From Massalongia carnosa (lineage: Eukaryota), in the NCBI GenBank assembly GCA_965645245.1, contig OZ287077.1, positions 1 through 64,000 of the forward strand: a DNA stretch of 64,000 bases, read 5' to 3'. Below the pieces are notes generated by a model. That model was not told where the DNA came from, ran no database searches, and saw only the letters and a list, made by a program, of their open reading frames with translations. Positions 23,971 to 35,700 of the stretch are shown here, piece after piece (positions within the stretch are counted from its first letter, which is position 1; each line of letters opens with the position of its first letter). The translations under genes and the position numbers were made by a program.

Positions 23971-26776
23971 GCAGGAATGTTCGGCAAGGTCCAACAAGAT
24001 CTCCCCAGGCAGAAGATATTTCAAGGCCCGCGGAAGAGTCACCGACACCAAGCACTGAGGAAGCTATGGGCCCTGCTAAATACACAGAGGAAGATCTGCA
24101 GAGAATCACAAAGCTCTGCATTGAGTCCTTCCTCCAGGCACAAGGTAGTCGACATGAAGGCCCCCGAGAAGGTCAGTTAAAATCTCGGTTCCCGAATCTC
24201 TAATATTGAAAGTCCCATATAGAGTGTTACCATTTCTGCCAACAATGCGAAGACCACTTTGACACCGCCGGCGCCACCGGGTCAAACCGTCCACCCTTTG
24301 CCGCATCTTTCCTTCGTGGCCGGATTAGCTTTCGTTGGCACCAGCACAAACGTCGAAGCCAAGGCGAAGAGGTAGGACCTTTGTCTTGGACCGAGTTCAA
24401 GGCTTTCCTTCGGAAGAATCTTGGAGACTCCAGGGCTTTTGTGGACTCAACCTGGAGTAGGATCAAGCGGGACTCCCAGTATCAACATGAAGAAGTTCAG
24501 GATTGGGCTTCTCACCTGGAACATCTGCAATCTATACTCCTGGAGTTTGATGCTGATGCAGCTCCAGAGGAGTCGGACCTTATCCGGTTCTTTCGTGAAG
24601 GCCTCAAGCCTTCGATAAAGGCTCAGATGGAACAACGAGGAAGGGAACTAGACAGCTGGGAGTAGCTGGTCGAAAAAGTGATCGATGCTGAGGTAAAAGC
24701 TAGCCTGCAGCCGCAATCGATCCTTCGTGAGATGGATCAGCGTTGTCCACATGGAAACCGGCCCGCTCATGCTACTGTGGCCAAACCCCACACCTCTACT
24801 CGAGACCCTCGAGACGAGCCTAGCGAAAAGCCCAATCCGTCGGGTCCGAAGCAATCAAACTCCTCGCGCCTAGAGAACAGCGAGATTGCTGAAGAAAGCT
24901 CGGAGATAAAAGAAAATGCAGCGACGTAGTGATCATAGTCGAGATCGGAAAGGCTCCGAGTTCACTCCGGCCACCGGTGCCAACACTTCCAGCGGCACCA
25001 GCAAGGACTTATCCCAAATCGCCTGCTTCAACTGCAACAAGAAGGGACAATACTCAAGTACTTGTCGCGAGTCCAAGAATGACGCCTCAAAAAACTAGTA
25101 TCGGTCTTGGCAACCTCCGCGCCTCTGACTGAAACTAGTAAGGAGGCTAATCTTGAGCGGGTTCCTTGTATTAGATATCCGGTCCATTTGAGGAAGGATC
25201 AAGACAAGATACAGGCTTTGATAGATTCGGGCAGCGAGGTCAACGCAATGCACCCCGCTTATGCCGCGAAACTAGGCCTTCGTGTTAGGGAAACAGATGT
25301 TGGGGCGCAAAAGATTGATGGATCTCACCTGGATACCTTCGGTATGGTTATCGCAGGGTTCGCGGTCAAGGACAAGCTAGGGAAGGTTCGATTCTTCCAG
25401 GAAACCTTCTTGTTGGCTAATATTAGCCTGGAGGTGGTCCTGGGGATGCCTTTTCTTACACTCAGCAGTGTGGATGTACGGTTCGCAGAGCGATAGCTCG
25501 CCTGGAGAACCTACACAGCTGCCGAGGCTTTACCAACAACCAGACGTGTGGAGATCATCGATAAGGAAGAATTCGCGGCGGCGGTCCTTGGAGGAGACGA
25601 CGAGGCATATGTGGTGCATGTAATGGCCGTAAGCAAGCCATCGTCCATGCCGATCCACACCTCTCGTCAGGCCCAAGTAGCCTCGCTAGTGAGCGAGGAG
25701 GCCAAGATCCCCGTTGAATATTCCGACTTCTCTGACGTCTTCTCCCCTGACTCCGCAGTAGAGCTACCGGAGCAGACCGGCATTAACGACCATCCTATCG
25801 ACCTAGTAGATGGTAAGCAGCCACCTTATGGCCCAATCTACAGCCTAGGTCCTGTGGAACTAGAGACACTGAATACCTATATCGAAACCAACCTAGCCAG
25901 CGGTTTTATTAGGCCTTCCCAGTCTCCGGCTGGTGCTCCGATACTGTTCATCCGCAAGAAGGACGGTAGTCTGTCAAATTATAGGATAACTAATCCTAAA
26001 CATCAGTGGTAACTCAGGATGATATATCCGAAGGGTTATTCCGGCCCGACTAGACACGTGGCCTCCCCCCTTAGATAGATTCCCACTTTTCCACATCCTC
26101 CACAATAAAATCAACATCTACCCAATTCCCTGATTATGCCTTTTGACCCTTATATTTGACAGTTATGAGCCCGGATAGTCGTAAAGACACCGCAAATCGT
26201 CAAGAGCATTAGATTCTTAAATTCAACGAGACAGCAATCGTGAAAATGGCAGCAGAATCCAAAACGATGAGGACAATCCTCGAGACATCAGAAGATTGGG
26301 AGACGTGGTATGTGTTAGAATGTACAAATCAGGCTACTTCATTTCAGCCGCACTCACCTTCTACCGCACGAGTATACGCACGCTAATGGCTAGACGTATC
26401 GCTAGTCTAATACTAGGATACCGTACATTGTCTATAAATCTAGCTATTCCCACTATATAGAACAAAAGCAAGCGTTCTATCCTCTATCTACTATACTACC
26501 TTTTGATAGGTTATGAGCCCGGCCGCAGGGCGCCTCTTTACATGTGTTTGCTTGTCTTACTTTACCTACCCTAACACAAGCCTCCTTACCGTCGCAAACA
26601 ATTACCGTCGCGAATAATCTCCTACAAAAAAATCCGAAAAAAATCGACACATATGAAACAGTCGGCAGTGTTTGAGATGGCTAAGCACTACTATCAGGCG
26701 CCCGGCTTCTTCTTTGCCCCTTACTAAACGAACGCTAACAAATATTTTAACAGGCACCTCCTTGCACTTCGTTTCG

Positions 26777-27099
26777 ATGTCTCGGATGATCTACATTCCT
26801 AACAAAAAACCGGGAATGTGACTCCAGATGTCTCGGATGATCTACGTTCCCAATAAAAAACCGGGAATGTGACATCCACTTCACTTTGATGTCTCGGATG
26901 ATCTACATTCCCAACAAAAAATCGGGAATGTGACATCCAGGTGTCTCGGATGATCTACATTTCCAATAAAAAACCGGAAATGTGACATTCACTTCGATGT
27001 CTCGGATGATCTACATTTCCAATAAAAAACTGGGATTGTGACATCCAGATGTCTCGGATGATCTACGTTCCCAACAAAAAACCAGGAATGTGACATCCA
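26777..27099 (+). repeat. Six-copy ~51-61-bp tandem array in Copia-B leader
   Basis: GATGTCTCGGATGATCTAC(A/G)TT..AA.AAAAA.CGGGAATGTGACATCCA units. Confidence 0.93.
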
Positions 27100-27698
27100 T
27101 TGGGATGAAACCAAATCTCCCTACCATCGATTTTGCCCTCTATTCATAGTCAGCATCTGCGTATCAGTTATAAGACTGCAGGATTATGGCTTCGAGCAAC
27201 AAAAACGCTCTCGATTTATCAATCCCAAAGGCACAACTAAACGCCTCAAATCTATCTTTGCACCTGCATCTGCTTCTGCATTTAGATCTATTATATCAAT
27301 CACTGCCCCATTCCTACGTGGCACTCTTGCCGAGATCCAATGACTCTCAGAGCCTCAACCAAATAATAGGCCGGCAACAAGGCTTGAACGGGATTCACAA
27401 CATTACAGGCGGCTAGTGCGGAAATCGTTGCTTTTCTCTTAGAGGATAACTCAGATCAATCAAAATTGGATTGCTTTGTACCATCATCCCTGAGCCTCCA
27501 GTCACTCCCGGTCAGTCCACATCATAATCGGACCTAGAACCGCCTAGCGACTGTGATCCTTTCGATCTAAGAGCCAGAACCAAGTCACCAAGCACTTATA
27601 ATAGCACTCCGTCGGAATCCGGTACAATCAAACACCAGTTCAAGCCAGTCCGTTAACAAGGACAATCCATCAAGCTCTTCCAATAAACCCTTTCCATC

Positions 27699-30600
27699 AT
27701 GAGTGAAAAAATCTCTGGATCGGGGTCCTATAGCGCTATTGATAGGATCCCTAAGCTAGTGGACCACGAGGGTTATCCAGCATGGAAGCGAGCCATGCGA
27801 GATTGCCTCAAAATGATAGATCTTTGGATCTATTGTGATAACACCGAAGCTGCACCACGCCCAAACGCTCCCAATGATGGCTTCAAAAAATGGAAAAATG
27901 GCCAAGATAAGGCCTGCACTGCTCTTCGATTAGCTTGTGAAGGAAATGCCTACACCGATATAGAAGACCATACTACTGCTTCCGTCGCCTGGGACCTGCT
28001 TGTGTCAAACTATAAGCCTCGCGGTTCGGGATTCCTCAATGACACCTTCAGAAAATTAGACAACCTTATCCTATCGGATTGCAGCAGCCCTGCAGACTAC
28101 GTTTCCCAATTTCGCGCCACGGTCAATAAGCTTCGCACCTTCTCAAGCAAGCTAAGCCTGGACGAAAACTGGCTTATCTATCGCTTCCATACCAATTTAG
28201 GCTTCGAATACAACAGCTATTTCGAACGATACGCTCAGGATCATGATCCTTTCAATGAAATGGGTGAACCCAAGCACACGTTAAGTCAGGCAATGCAGCA
28301 TTTCCAAAACACGGTGACCAACCCAAGCAAGTCCAGCGATAAGGCCGTAATCGCAATGGCAGCTGTTTCAAACGCTCAAACCCAAGCAGGAGCTCAACCC
28401 GGAACAGCCCATTCTCGAATCATCACCAAGACCATCAAGTACTGCAACCACTGCCGAAAGGACTATCACGTAGAGAGCGAGTGTCGTGAAAAATATCCAC
28501 ACCTCGTTAACCAAGACTCACAGCGTAAGTCCAATAAGCGTCGCAGGAATTCCAAAAGTCAAGGTCAAAGTCAAAAGCCAACCGGAAACAATGACTCAAC
28601 CAAAGGAGCCTTCTGCGCCTACATGGCCACCGCGGATATAACCAAAATATCTAAGCTCTGGATCTGTGACTCTGGAACTAGCCAACATATTACCCACGAT
28701 CGCTCCATCTTCACCTCATTCAAGACATCCGATTGCCCTCCAATTCAAGGTATTGGAGGAGTATTAATCCCCAAAGGAATAGGTAACGTCATGTTGCGGT
28801 GTGCCGGTAACGAGGGTCTTCGGGAGTTCCCTCTTTTCGATGTGTTATACGTTCCGGACGGAGGCCTAAATCTCATCTCCCAAGGACAATTACAACGAGA
28901 TGGATGTCCCCTGAAGATTGTACCAGAGGGAATTGAAATCGGGAACTATGGTATCATCGCTCGCCGCCAGGACAATAATCTGTATATCCTGAATATGTGG
29001 AACGTCTCTGAAGCCGCTCTCGCTCTCGCTGCAATTAATAGCGAGGAGATAAAAATGTGGCACGCTCGTTTAGGCCATCTTGGAAATCAAAACATTCTCA
29101 AGCTCGCTGGAATGTCAAAAGGAATGGACCTCACCAATCCCCCGCCCCAAGACGCCTGTCCTCCGTGCGCCATCGCTCAGTCCCAAGTAGAACCACACCG
29201 GCCCACATCCAACCAGGCAAGCACCCGCTGGACTTAATTCACAGCGATGTCCAAGGACCTTTCCCAGAAGCCTTGAATGGCGCCAAATATATGGTGACCT
29301 TTCTTTGCGATTTCGATAAACGGTCCCACGTCACCTTACTGCGCGTCAAAAGCGGAGTCCTTCAAGCTTTTAAAAACTACAAGCAAAATGAATATGGGGA
29401 CAAACGAATTATCCGCCTGCGATCGGACTGTGGGGGTGAGTATGACTCCAAAAACTTCGAGAATTTCAGAAACGAGCATGGCATTCAGTAGGAACCTACC
29501 GTACCAGGAAATCCACCCATGAACGGGACAGCCGAGCGCCTATGTCAAACGCTTCGCAAGTTAGCCAGCACCATGCGAGAAGGCGCTAAACTCGACATCA
29601 AATATTGGGCTGAAATGGTTCTCACTGCCAACTACCTAAGAAATCGACAACCAACTGCGGGACGCTCCATCACTCCCTACGAGCCTCACACCGGCAGCCC
29701 ACCAGAACTAGGACATCTAAGGATAATAGGACAGACTGGCTATGCGCAAAATCGCAAGCCCTCCACCGGATGGAAGAAATTTCAGGAACGAGCCACCAAA
29801 TGTACTTTAGTGGGATACGAAGGCGATCACATCTATCGAATGATAAATCCACGGGGCGCGGTCATGCGTTATTCCAATGTTCAGTGGATAGATAACAATC
29901 CCCCAACTCCTCCTTCCTTATCATTCTCTCAAACTAAAAGAGCCCTACATGTTGGACAGTCAGGACCGCCCACAAGAAAGCAAAAAATTGCCCATCATAC
30001 GGACGCCCCTCATACGGACTTAGTCGACGCTCATGAATCCATAGAATCAATTCCCACTGGACCTCTCCCATCAAACGCTGGACAAGAGGCATTGGCAAAC
30101 CAACTGCCCATTGAGCCTCGGTCCCAGGCAGATATTCTCTCTAAGCACCCAAAACTTCGTGCCCCCTCGCCTGAACCACTAGCTCTTTTGGCACTTCTTG
30201 CTCGAGCCAATGACCCAGAGCCATACGAGCCTAAAACCTATAAGCAGGCCGTAGATAGTTGGGAGGAAAAGGATTGGCGAAGGGCAATGCAGGAAGAAAT
30301 TGACTCTATCAACGAAAATGATACCTGGATCCTCACCTCCCTGCCCCCGGACCGCAAAGCCCTGCGAGGCAAATGGGTTTATAAAATCAAATGAGGCCCG
30401 GCTGGCGAGATTCTTCGTTACAAGGCTCGATGGGTAGTCAGAGGCTTTGAGCAACGTGAAGGCATTGACTACAATGAGACTTTTGCTTCAGTAGTGAAGC
30501 CAATGAGCTATAAAGCCATCTTCGCTATCGCTGCAGCCAATGACTGGGAAATTCACCAAATGGACGTAAAAACAGCCTTCTTGTACGGAAGGGTGGACGA

Positions 30601-31819
30601 GAAAATCTGCGTGGAGCAACCAACCGGTCTGGATGACGGGTCAACGAGAATTTGCAAGTTGAACAAAGCTCTTTATGGCCTGAAACAGTCGTCTAGAATC
30701 TGGTATGAAACGATCACTACTTTTTTCAAGTCTCATGAATTCGTTCCAGTCAACGCCGACCTTAGCGTTTTCGTTAAAGAAGGGGTTATCGTAGCCATTT
30801 ACGTCGATGATTTTAATCATCACTGGCTCTTCTTCTTCCGAGATACAACGTGTCAAGAATCTGCTGAGCGACAAGTTCTCGATGGTTGATTTAGGCCCTA
30901 TCAATTATTACCTGGGCATGACGATAACTCGGGATCGGGCTAATCGGATTCTTCGCCTTGGTCAGCAGGCATATCTGGAAAAAGTACTACGCGACCATGG
31001 CATGTGGGACACTAACCCCGTAGCTACCCCGATGGATGGGCGACTGGAGGCTGCACCAGAGGGCCATCAGGCCACAGATGACTCTCGCCTCCGCTACCAA
31101 TCAGCGGTGGGCTCTCTCATGTATGCTATGCTAGGCACCAGGCCTGACTTAGCCTACGCCGTATCGGTGGTCAGCCGCTATGCCTCGAACCCGACCGACA
31201 CGCACTGGAAGGCAGTCAAACGCATCTTTCGATACATCAAGGGCACTCTTCCGTTGCAGTCAACATACAAAGGTCACTCACAACCCTTGAACGGTTACAC
31301 CGACGCGGATTGGGCCGGAGATCATCATACCCGAAGGTCTACCTCTGGCTTCGTGTTTAATGTGCGTAGTGGCGCTATTAGTTGGTCTTCCAAACGACAA
31401 CCGACCGTAGCCCTATCTTCATGCGAAGCCGAGTACATGGGTCAGACTCAAGCCACCAAGGAAGCCGTCTGGTTGTCTAGTCTTCTCGACCAACTTTCAG
31501 CACCTCAAATCCTTGGGAATCACTCTCTCCAAACCCAGAGCACCTCTGTAGCCCTTGCCTGCTTGCCTACATCTTTCGCCCTAAATGCTATCATCATTCA
31601 CTGCGACAATCAAGGAGCAATGGCTTTGGCGAAAAATCCCCAGGCACACGCGCGGAGCAAGCATATTGACATCCAATTGCACTACCAAAGAGAGAAGATC
31701 GAAGACAAATCAGTGGAATTTCGCTATGTTCCTACCGAAGAGCAGGTAGCTGACGGCCTAACCAAGGCCCTACCAAAGGACAAATTGTTGTCTTTCGAAA
31801 GGCTTTAGGCTTAGAGTAA
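27699..31819 (+). pseudogene. Copia-B gag-pol with several frameshifts and stops
   Basis: CNHCRKDYHVESEC, WICDSGTSQH, WHARLGH, RLRSDCGGEY, QMDVKTAF, YVDD, YTDADWAGD, KHIDIQ. Confidence 0.93.
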
Positions 31820-32158
31820 ACCAGAAGCCTTTTGTCGTAAAAAATCCGACCTTAACCCCCCCAAAAAAGAAAGTATCACCCACAGCTGAGCCTGTGGGGG
31901 TGTTTTCGTACATCGCCAGCAGCATTAGCCTGCGGAGTACACTGACTCACCTGCAGGTGATTCACTGGGAAGCATGATATTATACTGGAGTATGTGGGAG
32001 TTATTGAATTTCTCTTTATCATGTGGGAGTGCTATTTCAGTGCCTGAGTGGGAGTGTTAGAATTTACAAATCAGGCTACTTCATTTCAGCCGCACTCACC
32101 TTCTACCGCACGAGTATACGCACGCTAATGGCTAGACGTATCGCTAGTCTAATACTAG

Positions 32159-32677
32159 TGTTGAACAAAAAATCAACCAGGCATACGGCAGCGGGATGCA
32201 GGAGAAGAGGGTCTAGGGCTATCAAGGATAGGCAAAGAGAAGTGCTTGGCAAACGTGATGCAGGTACTCCGTATTTCCAGTGAAGATACTCCAAATTTAG
32301 CTATCTGCTGAACTGAATTCTGAACGACTGAATAGCTAAATTACATGAGGAAGCATCGTCTCTTTATACTGCTTGAGGGCCTCCATCTCGGCCTATATCA
32401 AATGCATGAACCTGCTTCCTTTGAACCTTTTCAGCTGGGCAAAATACACCTTATTGCTGACCGGAGACACCGAGACACTCAGTGATCATGAACAGCTGAA
32501 TTGCCTCCGAAATGTAGCATTTTTGCTGCATACCTTTGCCTCCTCGTAGTTGCCGAAGTCGTGCCGAAATCTGAAGCTTTTCGCATATAGCATATGATTG
32601 CCTAATCTGGAAATTAGTAAGCAGGAGGCAAAAGAACCTCGGTCGCAAATATTCAGGTATCTCGGCAAATTCCAATA
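32159..32677. mobile_element. Solo LTR (519 bp) nested inside the Copia-B 3' LTR
   Basis: TGTTGAA...TTCCAATA; TSD ACTAG (32154-32158, 32678-32682); absent from the 5' LTR. Confidence 0.88.
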
Positions 32678-32779
32678 ACTAGGATACCGTACATTGTCTA
32701 TAAATCTAGCTATTCCCACTATATAGAACAAAAGCAAGCGTTCTATCCTCTATCTACTATACTACCTTTTGATAGTATG

Positions 32780-35700
32780 ATGAATTGAAAACGATATCAG
32801 CTAACGAGTTTTGGAATATGGCAGATCCAGACCAACCTACTGTTCTTCCTGCGGCAGCTCCCTACAAGCCGGTAGTAGCAGACATAGTACAAGGAGAGAC
32901 ACTATACACAAACCTCTCAGCCGCAAATCAGCGAATGTTCGATAATGCAAGAAAACATTACGAGTCGGATCAGAAAGACTATATAAGACAAGAAACCTCG
33001 TTGACGACGATAAGAAAACACATAGTAGAAACAGTTCCGATCACAAACCGAACGAGCCTGAAAGCGTGTATGTCAGTAAAGGAGTGTCTCATTATCTTAC
33101 GAAACCTTATGGCACCTCCGACGGGACATTCCATGGCGTTGGCGAAGGAGAAATATGATAAGTTGCTTAGGATGAAGGCGAAACCACTAGACTGGTTGGA
33201 TAAGTGGGAGAAGGTAGTAGCCAAGGCCCGACAACACGATTTGTCGGAGTTCAAGCACGGAATATGGCTTGGAAATATGTCGTCGTGGATGAAACCACAC
33301 GCACCAGAACTATCCTATGCACTTCGATCCAGAGGCAACGACGCCGCAAGAAATGACATATCGCAATATCCAGAAGTCCTACGAGAAATCCGAGAATACT
33401 TGAGAGATGGAGTGAAGAAGACGGTCCGGGGAGCCGCGTTCCAGACGTTAGTGGACGACGAAGACGAAGATGGCCTACTAGAAGAAGTAGCCAATACAGC
33501 CACTAAGAGAAAGAGGGCAAATACAACTGGACAATCTCACCGTGGAGGGAAAAGGCACGATAAGATATGCCCTGCGTGTGAAAGACCAGGCCATGATCTC
33601 GAGAACTTTTGGTTTATATTCCCAGAAGGGAAACCAGATGACTACACTCTAGGGAAAAGGAAAACTAAAGAGGTAAACAATAGAGTGGATAAGGACAGGA
33701 AGTTAAAAAAAGAAGTCCAAAGGATAAGGAAGGATAAAAAGAAGGTTGAGGAGATTCCACCATAGCAAATATCGTTGGTGGACCACCAAGATCTTCACGA
33801 ATCAACGTCGGTGGATCATCAGAATCAAGACGAATCAATAGACGCTGCATTCCTTCTAAATCATCAATCAGAAACATCACTGCCTTCTTCATGGCCTGAC
33901 GACATCCTAGATTCCGGAGCCTCCATACATGTCTTCAATGACATAGCTCGTTTCCAGAACTTCACTAAAGCATCAAAGATCATATATATACAAGCCGGAT
34001 CATCAAGGATTCCAATCCTTGGTTACGGTAGTGTCAGAATACCTATACTCCGAGAAGATAAATCTGAGGGGGTGATGAGACTATCGAACGTGGCATATTG
34101 TGTGGACTTCGTGGTAAATCTAGTGTCGTTTCAACAACTAAGAAAGAGAGATATATACTGGGACACGGAAAGGAATGTTCTATACAAGAAGACTAATAAA
34201 GGACGAAGGACAATTTGTCTGATTCATCAAGTTGACGAACTTCCTGCATTCCAAAGTCAGATTCATCTAGTAAGGCCGCATTGCTAATAACTCCAATACC
34301 TCGTCGTCGTTCAGGAAAACCTAGATCCTCCTCAAAGGGAGATGCCTTCATCTGGCATTGTCGTATGGGACATCCTGGACCAATAAGCCTTCACAAACTA
34401 GGAGAGAACTCATTAGGTGTTACACTATTAGGGCCATCGACCACTCAGTGTGAGGCGTGTAGTCTGGCAAAGATGCATAGACAAATATCACGTCGGCCAG
34501 GAAATAGAAAAGTAACGAAGCCATTCCAGGAACTGCACATAGATTGGACGGATTTCGATAAGGCCATGGATGGTTTTATACGAACAATGTTTATCACAGA
34601 CAAATATACTGGATTAGTCATACCTTATTTCATGTCAACACACGGAGAGGAGTCAGAAACCCTCAAGATTCTCAAAGACCTAATGGCTTGGTGCAAGCAA
34701 CGGAACCTACTGATAGAAAGGATACGGTCAGATTTGGAGTTGAATAGAAAGCGTACCAACAAGTGGTTGTCATCGGTAGGGATAGAATTCGAACCTTCCG
34801 CTCCTAGAACTGCAGCACAAAATGGTGTAGCGGAACGTTCAGGGGGTGTGATAGTGACGAAGGCGAGGGCGATGTCAATAGGAGCTAAGTTACCATCAAA
34901 TCTCTGGAAGGAGGTAATAGATGCGTCAACGTATTTACATAAGAGGACTCCTAGAGAGGCTCAGTCGTGGAAATCACCGTTCGAAACATTCTACAAAACC
35001 AAACCTCAATTGGCCCATTTAAAGGCCTATGGCTGCAGAGCATATGCGATGACTGAGGACGCTCAACTTCATAAGAACAGACGACAGAAACTCCAACCCC
35101 GTGCATATATAGGACACCTGGTAGGATACCGATCGACGAATATCTTTAGAGTGTGGATATCAGAAAGACATGGTGTCATCTCCACACTAGACGTGATATT
35201 CGATGAGTCCAGATTCTACGAAGGACAGTTACCCGAAGAAGGAAAGTCTGAAGTAGAGAGAGAGACCATCATAAATAGGATCGAGTTGCCAGTGGCTGAA
35301 GCAATAAATGAAAGCATCTTAGAGGAAGATGTGGAGATACTGGAGTATCATAATGATGAAGCAGAGGATATATCTGACGTCGATAGGCTTGATAGACCAG
35401 AAAAATTGATCGAGGATCTACGGGAACAAGAACGTGGATTACCAACACCACCACCAGATGAAGATGACGAATTAGCCATGGCACTTCATGCTCGGTTAGA
35501 AATTGAAGATATACATGAGGCAAGCTGCTCTCAATGTGACTTCGACGATAATATCTATATCAATAAAGAAGCACCACGCATCCAAACATCAGAACTCGGG
35601 GCATTTGCCGCTGGTCGGTTGTTCAGTAAGTTCCATAAGTTGAATCTACCCCCACCTCCCAAAACCATACGTGACCTGGAGGGTCACATGTTCGAGTCTC

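Larger units (their letters stand above)
20693..25971 (+). mobile_element. Ty3/gypsy 5' part (LTR ~20693-23514 with nested inserts; gag from 23605; protease; RT start), truncated by a Copia-C LTR
   Basis: TGTAA...CTATTACA; gag SWTEFKAFLRKNLGD, FFREGLKPSI, CFNCNKKGQY; ALIDSGSEVN; PPYGPIYSL..GFIRPSQSPAGAPILF. Confidence 0.82.
26313..32774 (+). mobile_element. Full-length Ty1/copia element Copia-B (196-bp LTRs, TG...TA termini)
   Basis: LTR 26313-26508 and 32055-32774 (with insert); TSD GTATG (26308-26312, 32775-32779); PBS GGTTATGAGCCC 26509-26520. Confidence 0.96.

Noticed and set aside
26777..27099. CRISPR-like periodic array
   Set aside because: No unique spacers, no cas genes, eukaryotic context; it is a copia leader tandem repeat
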